Shown here: positions 8,681 through 17,892 of the stretch, one piece after another | How the letters are laid out: the number at the start of each line of letters is the position of its first letter | Numbering within the stretch: the first letter of the stretch is position 1 | IMG/VR virus record: IMGVR_UViG_3300009104_001827 | Location: 62,001 to 126,000 of that record | Length of the DNA stretch: 64,000 nucleotides | Strand: one strand, 5' to 3' | Notes under the pieces: generated by a model | What the model was told of the DNA's origin: nothing | What the model saw: only the letters and a program-made list of their open reading frames with translations | Database searches by the model: none | Program-made: the position numbers and the translations under genes

Positions 8681-11600
8681 TTATGGTCCGCTTACCAATG
8701 CAAATTGCGGAGGCTTCGTGTCGTGGGGCGTATTGCCGAAGACTTCTAAATGCACGTAAAATTTAGCGTGAGGGGTACCGCCTGAATCAATGTAGGGGCC
8801 TGGTAAAGTTATCGGATATCTCACAATAGCGAAATCGTATGGGGAGGACCCATCCTTCAATGGTCCTGCATGGTCAAACGAATCTGAAACATAGGACGTT
8901 ACTTCCCCTAAGGTAAAGACTCCTGTTGCTGCTTCCATTAGGGGTTCTCTATACGTGTCAGGTGGGTTGTTGCCCTGTTCTCCATCGCTCTCAAAGTAAA
9001 GAAATGATTCATCTATGATTGATCCTCTATTAATTGTTCTTGCGGAATAACTGCCATGATCGAGCCTTGTCCCGACAATTCTAAGTCTGTAATGTGTTCC
9101 GAGCAGATCATTATCAAATATCAAATGAAAATAATACGTTCCTCCTGAGGGTTGCTCAAAATAGTGAACCCCGGAGTATTCTTTCTTTGCTGAAGAGCTA
9201 TAGTCCAGGGTGAGTATCGTGGCGCCCGCTCCGTGTTGTGTCGCCTCGCTCGGAAGATAACCTCTCGTTTCAATATCCCCATAAGCGAGTAACTTTGCAG
9301 TTCCCGCCCAGGCTCCCCAGGGTCCCCCGGGAGTTCCGATTTTGACGTTGCCGTCGGACGTGATTGTCATAGAAGGATCGTCTTTGGTTCTATCTATACC
9401 AGTTGACCCGCTTTTTGTTCCTGTATAAAACTTAAAACCAAACCCGCCAACATTATCGATGCTTTCATAATAATTCGCGATTTTTGAAAACACAACATCC
9501 GTTTGACCAAAACCCAAAGAAATCTCTTGGTCGGCTACCACGCCTGGGTCGTCCACGGTTAATGCTAGGGCAATTGGGCTTGTATTCTCAGGGCCAGCGA
9601 CAATGCTGGTTTTGAAATTAGGACTCTTAGTCCCGATTCCGACGTTGCCGCTTTCATCAATAACAAATTCCTCGGTGGTTGCATCAGTTCCATAGACGGC
9701 AAATCTACTTGTTCCGTCAACTAACCCAATCCATTTACTATTAATGTCAGTATCGGTAAACTGAATCAGTGGAGACGCCCCGTCATTCTCGACTTGTATA
9801 CTCCCCTTTACATCCAAAGTGTGTGATGGCGAAGAAGTCCCGATTCCGACGTTGCCGGTAGATCTCTCTAGAAATAACTGGTCGTACCAGCCTCCTATCG
9901 CAGGGTACGGTGCCCCGCTGTTCGCTTCGGTGGTTGAAACGAATCTTGTAAAGTTAAGGTTTCTGTCTGCTCCCCCGTCGAACTGGAGCCTCATCCATTC
10001 CCCGTGGACTGAATTGCCAAAGCCAAGTTCCGCGTGATCGTCGTGATGTATGTGAATGCCAGACCCATGAACATCTAGTGGGGCATCTGGCGAATCAGTC
10101 CCAATTCCGACGTTGCCGTTGTGTTTAATTGTCATTCGGGTGGCTGCCGCACTCACAAGCGTGATCTCTCCGCCGCTAGTATAATCTCCATCCCCTACAG
10201 AGGCATCCAAATAGAAGTTATTAGAATCTTCAACTGTTATAACAAAGGTTCCGTTTGCCGCTTCATTCCCTTGAACCCCTGCGATTTTAACTCTGTTTCC
10301 TGTACTTAACCCGTGGTTTGCGGCAGTAATTTTAATATGCGAAGTATTGGTTGCGTTCGTTAGCGCCATTGGGCCGCCACTGTTCCATTGGTCGGTGTTA
10401 TTCTCGTTAGTTGTCGTAAGAAATTCGATTGTTCCGTCATCGGCGCCAGACTGGCCCTGCGCCATCCCTCCGCCTTTGCACCCCATTCCGATCGCAGCTA
10501 CAATATCTGGGTCTTCGCTTTGCCCCCAATTCATCGGGGAGCAGTTAATGTATTTAAAGATGTTTCCGCCCACCCCATCAACAGGAGCGCTGCCCGCTTG
10601 GTATCCGCCAAGCCAAATGTTGTCTATTGCTGCGTCTCCAAAAACCTGTAGTGTTTTTTGTGGATTCGGGGTCCCGATTCCGACATTGCCGTCAGTGTCT
10701 ACGGTGAATCCGTTTGGATTTGTTGTTATTCCACCGCCATCATTATATATACCGACTCCAAGATGAAATCCATTACTATCCGCACCCATCCACGCAGAAC
10801 CTGTATTGGTGTTTGATCTTCCCAATTTGAGTTGACGACCAGTATCTTTTCCTTCTAGATCTAATAAAGTGTCTGGCCCAGAAGTCCCGATTCCGACGTT
10901 GCCTGTATTATCTATCCAGACCCGCTCAGCACCTGCCGTCCTAAAAGAAAGATCGTCTTCATTGTGATCGTAGGTTATCCCTCCACGGAATCTATCTGAA
11001 ATACCTGCTCCAGAGTTCGTGCCGTCTGCGAAATATAAATTTCCGCGAGAGGTTGATTCGCTGGCAATCGTTATTCCCGCACCCGTGTCAGTACCCTTTA
11101 CTACAAGCTCTCTCGCCTCACCATCATAACTTCCGGGCGAATCAGTTCCGATGCCGACTTTGCCCGCCACCGTCATCGATGTGCCTGTATCTGCTGGCTT
11201 TAAATAGTATGGTGAGTACCCGGACTCAGTACCTGTCCAGTTAACGTTGCGAGACCCATAAAAAGTATCTGCAAAGAGCGCGTCGCCGGGTTCTGTGTTG
11301 GGGGTATTGGCGTTCCAGGCAATCGTTACTCCTGTAGGTGTATTCCAGAATTTATATTCATCGGAATTACTCCAGTTCACCCCGGTCGCAATTCTTTTGG
11401 TACCTGAAGATAGAGAGGTAATCTTTACTCTCACTCCGGCGTAATTTTTAAGATCTAAATAGACGGGTAACACCGCGACATCATATGCCCCGATATTTAC
11501 CGTGCTATCGCTAATGTCGCTGTCTCCGGCCTTGGGCAGGCGAATTCTAAAAGAACCTGCGTTTGGAACTGAATGTGATTCTAAAATCTTAAGCGCATAG

Positions 11601-13000
11601 TCCCTGCTGCCGGGGTCATCTAAGTCGCCGCCGGCTGTACTTCCATCATTTGCCGTATCTAAAAATGTATGACACAGGCTATATTTTACATATTCGCCTG
11701 CGTTCTGGTAGTCTGACCAAACTTCAATGATGAAGGCCGAGCCTTCATCTCCAGTTGATTCGTTGTCGTCGTCTATCTCCGTTGGGTATGTAAACTCAAG
11801 GATTTTATATTCCTTTGAGGTATTGGTGACTTTAATATATCCCGAATATAAGACTTCTTCGCCAGCAATACTAAGCATGTCTCCGCCCAGGGTTAGCTGT
11901 CCGTCAATTGTAAGGTTTCCACCCGTAAGTCCCGAGCCTGGATCGTTCTGTTGTAAAAATGCATGGCCGTATTGGTCTAGCGTGAAAAACGATGTATTTC
12001 TCGTGCCCAGCGTTAAGCTATGCGCAGTCGTTGTTCCTATGTCTAGGGTATCTGTTGTCGCATTAATGTTTAACTTACCCTCGATGTTTTCGCTTCTATC
12101 CGTAAGCATGAGGTTAACCTTCTCGTCCCCTGAGATCTCAACGTGACTCGTACTGTTAGTATAGGAGCGATTCACCTTGCCCATCGTTATGCCAGCATTA
12201 GGCGTAACCTTAAATTGAATGTCTGTCCCCCAGGTCGCTGAGTCGACAGATTTGATTTCAATGCCCGCTGTATCTGGGTTGCTAATTAATAGCCGGTTGT
12301 CGGCGCTATATGAAATTGTCGCCCCACTGTCGTCCGAGGAATCACTTGCAAGCGAACCTATTCCATAATCTCCAGAACTATCCTGAAAGAAAATGGATGT
12401 ATCGTTCGCTAATAGCATGTTCCTTGTTAGCTGTAGTTGCTCTTCCGGAAGAATTGTAAGATTTGCCGTACCGGTACCCCCTTGCGCTCCTGCAGTGACA
12501 GTAAAAACCTCACCGATAGTATTGGAGGGTGACCCAAAGACTGTAAAGTCTGTGTCGGCCCCACCTGCACCATCATTGATTGAGGCAATGGTATATGTTT
12601 TGCCTTCAGTCAGGTTGCCCGCAGAGACGATAGGGCCTCTCCCCATGCCTATTCCGACGTTTCCTCCATGGGGATTGTCTCCGCGAATGTAAAGTACTGA
12701 GGCGTCATCATCTTGAATATCTAATATTGCCTCTTGTCCTTTTTGGTTGATGACCACGGCGGGACCCGTCCCGTCATTTGTAACTAAAAGCTGTTCTGAG
12801 GTTTGGGTATCTGTATCAAGAATTGTATGTGTGCCCTCGACTAAAAGTTCGGGAACCCTTAATTTGGTCTTAATTGAAAATTCGTTCCCTGCGGTAGACG
12901 AATCGCTAGAATCTCCCGTATATTGAAAAGGGGAATCTCCGAGCTCTTCGAATGTATTATCTGCCTTTTTTCTTACTAAATATATATCGTTTGTGGCCAT
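8681..13000 (-). CDS. Long tail fibre protein with GNVGIGT modules (1439 aa)
   Basis: About eight G[NK]V[GK]IG junctions and an FCCH-like insert (ITAANHGLSTGNRVKIAGV). It sits in the fibre cluster. Confidence 0.8.
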   Translation of the reverse strand: MATNDIYLVRKKADNTFEELGDSPFQYTGDSSDSSTAGNEFSIKTKLRVPELLVEGTHTILDTDTQTSEQLLVTNDGTGPAVVINQKGQEAILDIQDDDASVLYIRGDNPHGGNVGIGMGRGPIVSAGNLTEGKTYTIASINDGAGGADTDFTVFGSPSNTIGEVFTVTAGAQGGTGTANLTILPEEQLQLTRNMLLANDTSIFFQDSSGDYGIGSLASDSSDDSGATISYSADNRLLISNPDTAGIEIKSVDSATWGTDIQFKVTPNAGITMGKVNRSYTNSTSHVEISGDEKVNLMLTDRSENIEGKLNINATTDTLDIGTTTAHSLTLGTRNTSFFTLDQYGHAFLQQNDPGSGLTGGNLTIDGQLTLGGDMLSIAGEEVLYSGYIKVTNTSKEYKILEFTYPTEIDDDNESTGDEGSAFIIEVWSDYQNAGEYVKYSLCHTFLDTANDGSTAGGDLDDPGSRDYALKILESHSVPNAGSFRIRLPKAGDSDISDSTVNIGAYDVAVLPVYLDLKNYAGVRVKITSLSSGTKRIATGVNWSNSDEYKFWNTPTGVTIAWNANTPNTEPGDALFADTFYGSRNVNWTGTESGYSPYYLKPADTGTSMTVAGKVGIGTDSPGSYDGEARELVVKGTDTGAGITIASESTSRGNLYFADGTNSGAGISDRFRGGITYDHNEDDLSFRTAGAERVWIDNTGNVGIGTSGPDTLLDLEGKDTGRQLKLGRSNTNTGSAWMGADSNGFHLGVGIYNDGGGITTNPNGFTVDTDGNVGIGTPNPQKTLQVFGDAAIDNIWLGGYQAGSAPVDGVGGNIFKYINCSPMNWGQSEDPDIVAAIGMGCKGGGMAQGQSGADDGTIEFLTTTNENNTDQWNSGGPMALTNATNTSHIKITAANHGLSTGNRVKIAGVQGNEAANGTFVITVEDSNNFYLDASVGDGDYTSGGEITLVSAAATRMTIKHNGNVGIGTDSPDAPLDVHGSGIHIHHDDHAELGFGNSVHGEWMRLQFDGGADRNLNFTRFVSTTEANSGAPYPAIGGWYDQLFLERSTGNVGIGTSSPSHTLDVKGSIQVENDGASPLIQFTDTDINSKWIGLVDGTSRFAVYGTDATTEEFVIDESGNVGIGTKSPNFKTSIVAGPENTSPIALALTVDDPGVVADQEISLGFGQTDVVFSKIANYYESIDNVGGFGFKFYTGTKSGSTGIDRTKDDPSMTITSDGNVKIGTPGGPWGAWAGTAKLLAYGDIETRGYLPSEATQHGAGATILTLDYSSSAKKEYSGVHYFEQPSGGTYYFHLIFDNDLLGTHYRLRIVGTRLDHGSYSARTINRGSIIDESFLYFESDGEQGNNPPDTYREPLMEAATGVFTLGEVTSYVSDSFDHAGPLKDGSSPYDFAIVRYPITLPGPYIDSGGTPHAKFYVHLEVFGNTPHDTKPPQFALVSGP
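9332..11164 (-). repeat. Same 21-bp repeat family in fibre gene 8681-13000
   Basis: Perfect copies at 9629, 9836 and 10883; one mismatch at 10097; two at 10670; three at 9332 and 11144. Confidence 0.95.
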
Positions 13001-13010
13001 CTTATTGTAT

Positions 13011-13015
13011 TACAC
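13011..13015 (-). promoter_or_regulatory. GTGTA putative late promoter
   Basis: Minus strand AATAGGTGTAATACAATAAG-ATG (10 nt to ATG 13000). Confidence 0.55.
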
Positions 13016-13027
13016 CTATTTTAAATA

Positions 13028-16000
13028 TTACCATTGACTTATTGGAAATCTTTTCCACGCTACTAGACTATTGTTGGTTCCATCGCTATCCTGTATGCAG
13101 ATATATATGAAGCTGTCATTGTAGATTAGCGTGCCTTTGTCTCCCGCCGAATATGTATGTGCCGGTTCTACTACCGTGTGTCCATCATGATCGTCCCCAA
13201 TCTTTGGAATGACAGGGTAAGTTTCAAATACATCGGTCGCAAAAAGCTTACCGGAAATTTTCACATCACCGGCAACATGTAGTTTAAATTTATCTTGGGT
13301 AACCGGAGATAGATCCACCGAATTAACATTAATTCCAACGTTCGCATCAGCGGAGAATAAAACATCATTTCCTGCTGGCGCACCAGTGTTCGGGTGCGTA
13401 TTGGTCGTACCCTCAAAGGTTACGAGTTTCTTGTCTCCAGCTCCGATCATTACGCCCTTGCCTACGGTACTGGACGTGATCGCTAAATCCTGGCCAGAAC
13501 TCTGAATATAGCCGAGGCTTGTCCCGTATAGACCAAGATAGGATGCGCTTAGATTTTCAGAGTGACCTATTTGAAGGTGGTCCGTCCCGCCCCTCTTTTG
13601 CAGCTGAAGCGTGGCCCGCTGATCTTGAGGGCCGGTCACATCAATCCATTCGGGCTCGCCCTCGTTGCCTTGAGTTGAGCCGGGTCCCCAATTTGCCGTA
13701 CCTGGCGCAGAGTGGTCGTGGTCGCCGGCCCAGTATGAAGTGCTGTCGCCGTCTTGACTTCCATTCTTTCTCCACGATTTTCCGTCGTATTGAACATAGG
13801 TCGGTGAATCCGTGTCTTCGTCGTCATAATACGCGATTAACGCATCGTAATTAGGTAGTCCGTTCGGATCAACGCCTCCGGCGGCATGAATCCTTAATCC
13901 TTCATTTCTATCTACAGACTGCTCGACTGTAAGTGGAAAAACTGGCTCGTCGGTTCCAATGCCTACATCGCCTTCTTGGGTTATATGAAAATTGTTTGTG
14001 GTTGTTGCTCCCTCTGTATGTCCAATACTTAATATTTCTAGTGTGTCACTCGGGTCTGTTGGGCTATTCTCGTTCTGAAAAACTTTGAAGTGTCCGTTTA
14101 GCCCAGTTCTTGTTCCCAGTACTAGGTTGTCTTTTACTGTTGCGTCTCCCGCGACATCAAGTAGAGTGCCCGGCGTCGGCGTTCCGATTCCAAATTTTCC
14201 CGCGCCATTAATGAAAGAGTCTAGTGTTGTGTCTAGGGCTATTTTTTCCGCGAGACCACCAGCGTCGTCTGCCAATGCAAGTCTAGACCTTGAGCTGAAT
14301 GTTTGGATTTTTGCAAGCGAGGTTGCTACTCCTGCGTCTGTCAGCAGTAGGTTTCCTTCAATCTCTAGCTTGGAGTTTGGTGAAGTTGTGCCTATTCCAA
14401 CGTTGCCCGAGTCTAAGATTGTGACCGCCGTTGTGTCTGTAACTTTAGATACTGCCTCAATCGAATGAGTGGAGAACATGGTCATAAGTATGACAAAGTG
14501 TGGGTTGGTTGATGGCGACGAGTTCGCTACCGTTTTCTCTTCTCCCATGACACGGATTTTGTCTCCGACATTCAGGAGGCTAGCTATGTTCTCTCCATAA
14601 AGCATATTGAGCGCGGAGACCCCTGTTGTCGCCCCCGTATTCCAGTCGCCAATTAGTTCGGTGCTTGTTGACCAATTATCTGTGCTCTGAGCGCCCACTC
14701 CGGGGTAGGTGGCGGTTCCGCCGTCTGTTCTTTCCCAGCGGTTCGTTCCTGAGTTCCAAAATATGTAGTCTGGGTCACCTGCCGTCAACCGGAAGTAAAG
14801 CGGCTTACCGTTGACGTAATTGTCTTCAGGGATTGGATCCGCCAACAGGACATATGTCAACCCCTCTAGGGTGACCGAATAATATTCTGGGATTTCCGCA
14901 ACAAGCGGCCCACTGTTTCCTTGAAGCTGATCTAACGCTGAGCTTTTGAACTCAAGCCCTTTATTCGCTGCGGTACCTTTGGTTCCTGTGATTAATCTTT
15001 TTGTTCCGGTATTGTTTTCTAAAATTATTCCGTGCTCTTCGTCCGCACTTTCTTTGATGTGAAGATTTTCTTCTGGCAAAGAGGCGCCGATTCCGATGTT
15101 TCCGTTAGGTATAACGGTTAAATGTTTAGTAAAAGAGGAGGTAACCCTGCCAATGTCCAAATGCCCGTTGGAGTCGGAGCAAAACCTCCAATTGCTGCCA
15201 TCGAACGCACCTCCGCTAGAGGTGTTATTTAGGTAGAAGCTTGTTCCTTGAGAGGCATCTGATTCCACTTGAAGATCTCCGTCTGGATCGCTGGTTCCAA
15301 TACCTACACTGCCTCCTGGGAATATTGTTTTCGTTGTGCTACTGCCGCCTAAGAATAGTGGGACCCCGCCGCGAACGGTGTCTTGCGAAGCAATGTAAAC
15401 CCCCGCCGGAGGATCGTTGTTCGATGCCGAGGTATATTCTCCTATTAAGGCATCTCCGGTTCCTCCGTATATTATCGAACTGGAATCGGAAGTTTTACCC
15501 ACTCTTAAATATCCTTCTACATCTAATGATTGTCTCGGGGCAAGCACTCCTATTCCTATCTCTCCGCCATCCTCAATGGTTATTCCCTTTGGGGATGCGT
15601 CGCCTGCAATATTCAATCGGGCCTTATTGTTGTCGTTGTCATAGCTTAGTATGACCCTTTTGTCTGCCGCAGTTGCGCTGCCGACAGATAATGTAGAAAG
15701 TCCTGTGGTTACTCCCTCCCCTATGATCGCATCCGCCTTTATGGAAACCGCATCATTAAAGGTGGACTGGCCTGAAACATTCAAGGACTGCTTTAGGGTT
15801 GAATCTCCTTCAACATTTAAGGTTCCCTTTAGGTCTGAATATCCCTCAACTATTAAATTGGAGTCTAGTGATGTCTTGTAATCATCAACATTATGAAGGG
15901 TATTGTCTGCCCAGGGACTCGTGGCGCTTCCCGTTCCGCCTGAGAAGTCTGCCCCCGTTACGGCTCCCGAGTTGGTAAGATTAAATGTGACCGTGTGATT

Positions 16001-17812
16001 CGTTGTATCCCCTGCCGTCGCAGTTGTGATGTTAACATTTTCCTGGCTGGAGCTTGCCTCAAAGTTGGGGTGCCCATTAATCTCTGCCGCTAAATTTGTT
16101 GCAGTCGCGCTATCATCTGCGCCTATAGCGAAACTATTCGTACCTGCCACGGCCGTGAAAGTGGCGCCACCAAACTGAATTGTATCTCCCGATACTAAAT
16201 TGTTTGGCTGGGCAATTGTAAGTTGCGTGGTAGCCTTGGTTGACGCAACCCCGGGCTCATCGGAGGTAAGGGTGGGGCCTGAAGCCTTCCACGCCTTTGC
16301 AGAGCCGTCGTCCGGCCACTTGACCTCGGCACCCTGAGCGTATGGTGCAGCGTTGCTCCAAGCTGTCAGCCCGTCGGGAGAAACTCCTTCTTGGAATTTA
16401 ATATTAAAAATATCACCTTTAACCGTCAAGTTCTTTTGTATGGTAACATCTTCTTTGAAGGTTGCGACACCGTCCACTATAAGTGTGCCACCTAGGCCTG
16501 TATTCTCGGAAACCTGAAGCTCGTCATTGGCGTAAAGAGCTGAATCTACGTTAACCTCTCCGTCGACCTGGAGATCTGAACTCATTTCGCAGTCGCCCAC
16601 TAAATAACTTTTTTGATTTACATTAAGCTGATCCGCAACTACAAGACTAGAGTCAAGTGAAGTGTCTCCTTTTACAGTAAGGTTTCTCCCTATCGTAAGG
16701 TCTTTGTTCGCATTGACAATTAATCCTGCTCCGGTTCCAACTTTCGTGTCTGTACCATCTCCCCAAATTAAGTCGGCGGTAGTGGTTTTTAATGCACTCG
16801 TATCGGATATGGAGACATGGCCATCAATGGTTACCTGTTCGGTTTGGTCTTCTGTATTAACGCTTAGCTTGCCAACAAGAAAGGTGTCTTTCTCTGACTT
16901 GAGGTCATTTTTGAGAAAAGACTTCCCGTCTACTATTATTGTTCCCTTGGGTTGCCCCGCAAAGGAAACACTTTCGGCTCCTACATGTAAATTGGAATCA
17001 AATTGTGTGAGATATTGGTCTACGTCGTGGAGGGTATTATCTATCCAGGGGGAAACTGCGCTCCCGGCGCCGCCTGTAAAGTCAGTTTTACTCCACGCCG
17101 AAGCGTCCGCGTAAAGCGTGATAACTGTATTTCCTGTAACTCCTGCCGTAACCTGAGCAATATTAACATTGGCGCCATCTGATGTGGCTGCGAACGCAGC
17201 ATGAGCATTAATTGCAGTAGCAATATTCGTTGCTGTTGCGTCGTTTGTTCCCCCAATGGTCCAATCTGTTCCTTCGACAAAATTGACCACATTTGAAGCT
17301 GCGTCAACAAGCGCTATACTGTCGTTATTAACTATTAGGTTATACTGAGCGACGGTTACTTGTCCCGCCGCCGCAACACTCGCAACCCCGGGCTGGTCAT
17401 CCGCTCGAGTCGCTGCTGAAGCCTTCCAGACTTTTCCTGCGTGGGTGACCTCGTCATTTGTATTGTATACGGCAGCAGACCAGGGGCTTAAGTTTGGATT
17501 GTCTGGGGCCGTGCCTGCCTCAAATTTTAAATTAAATATATCACCTTTAACTGTTAAATGTCCGTCTATGCTGACATCCGATTCAAAGACCGCATTATCC
17601 TCAAAGGTTTTTGCTCCACCTATGGACTGTGTTCCGGTAATAAGTACCGAATGATCCAAGATGGAGGTCTTGAAATTTTTATACTGTATTGTCTCATTTT
17701 TTACCTTAGACCTGGCTAGCAGGAGCATGGCTGCATCATCTGCGTTTTGTGAAGCGCCGTCTGAAAGTAAAGAGGTCTTTTCGTCTAAATCTGAAATTCT
17801 ACTATTTGGCAT
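13028..17812 (-). CDS. Tail fibre protein (proximal type), with internal duplication and CBM-like modules (1594 aa)
   Basis: Likely start is MPNSRISDLDEKTSL (ATG 17812). Also shows TGTQSIGGAKTF, V.GD/L.V beta-solenoid repeats, six GxxGIG junctions and a C-terminal GDKGTLIYNDSFIYIC...WKR trimer-tip motif. Confidence 0.8.
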   Translation of the reverse strand: MPNSRISDLDEKTSLLSDGASQNADDAAMLLLARSKVKNETIQYKNFKTSILDHSVLITGTQSIGGAKTFEDNAVFESDVSIDGHLTVKGDIFNLKFEAGTAPDNPNLSPWSAAVYNTNDEVTHAGKVWKASAATRADDQPGVASVAAAGQVTVAQYNLIVNNDSIALVDAASNVVNFVEGTDWTIGGTNDATATNIATAINAHAAFAATSDGANVNIAQVTAGVTGNTVITLYADASAWSKTDFTGGAGSAVSPWIDNTLHDVDQYLTQFDSNLHVGAESVSFAGQPKGTIIVDGKSFLKNDLKSEKDTFLVGKLSVNTEDQTEQVTIDGHVSISDTSALKTTTADLIWGDGTDTKVGTGAGLIVNANKDLTIGRNLTVKGDTSLDSSLVVADQLNVNQKSYLVGDCEMSSDLQVDGEVNVDSALYANDELQVSENTGLGGTLIVDGVATFKEDVTIQKNLTVKGDIFNIKFQEGVSPDGLTAWSNAAPYAQGAEVKWPDDGSAKAWKASGPTLTSDEPGVASTKATTQLTIAQPNNLVSGDTIQFGGATFTAVAGTNSFAIGADDSATATNLAAEINGHPNFEASSSQENVNITTATAGDTTNHTVTFNLTNSGAVTGADFSGGTGSATSPWADNTLHNVDDYKTSLDSNLIVEGYSDLKGTLNVEGDSTLKQSLNVSGQSTFNDAVSIKADAIIGEGVTTGLSTLSVGSATAADKRVILSYDNDNNKARLNIAGDASPKGITIEDGGEIGIGVLAPRQSLDVEGYLRVGKTSDSSSIIYGGTGDALIGEYTSASNNDPPAGVYIASQDTVRGGVPLFLGGSSTTKTIFPGGSVGIGTSDPDGDLQVESDASQGTSFYLNNTSSGGAFDGSNWRFCSDSNGHLDIGRVTSSFTKHLTVIPNGNIGIGASLPEENLHIKESADEEHGIILENNTGTKRLITGTKGTAANKGLEFKSSALDQLQGNSGPLVAEIPEYYSVTLEGLTYVLLADPIPEDNYVNGKPLYFRLTAGDPDYIFWNSGTNRWERTDGGTATYPGVGAQSTDNWSTSTELIGDWNTGATTGVSALNMLYGENIASLLNVGDKIRVMGEEKTVANSSPSTNPHFVILMTMFSTHSIEAVSKVTDTTAVTILDSGNVGIGTTSPNSKLEIEGNLLLTDAGVATSLAKIQTFSSRSRLALADDAGGLAEKIALDTTLDSFINGAGKFGIGTPTPGTLLDVAGDATVKDNLVLGTRTGLNGHFKVFQNENSPTDPSDTLEILSIGHTEGATTTNNFHITQEGDVGIGTDEPVFPLTVEQSVDRNEGLRIHAAGGVDPNGLPNYDALIAYYDDEDTDSPTYVQYDGKSWRKNGSQDGDSTSYWAGDHDHSAPGTANWGPGSTQGNEGEPEWIDVTGPQDQRATLQLQKRGGTDHLQIGHSENLSASYLGLYGTSLGYIQSSGQDLAITSSTVGKGVMIGAGDKKLVTFEGTTNTHPNTGAPAGNDVLFSADANVGINVNSVDLSPVTQDKFKLHVAGDVKISGKLFATDVFETYPVIPKIGDDHDGHTVVEPAHTYSAGDKGTLIYNDSFIYICIQDSDGTNNSLVAWKRFPISQW

Positions 17813-17843
17813 AACGATTGGGGAACTAAAGTTCTCTATATTA

Positions 17844-17883
17844 TACACATAAAAAACGGCATGAAGATTTTTTTGTTAGTGTA
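17844..17883. promoter_or_regulatory. Divergent pair of GTGTA putative late promoters
   Basis: TACAC at 17844-17848 (for 17812, minus strand) and GTGTA at 17879-17883 (9 nt to ATG 17893). Confidence 0.6.
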
Positions 17884-17892
17884 AGTAGGAGT

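Noticed and set aside
7015-11164. CRISPR array interpretation of the 21-bp repeats
   Set aside because: Spacing is 207-573 bp and variable, everything is in frame inside long ORFs, and no cas genes or leader are visible.
436-17812. Diversity-generating retroelement targeting the fibres
   Set aside because: No reverse transcriptase and no TR/VR pair differing at adenines was seen in the window; one elsewhere in the genome cannot be excluded.
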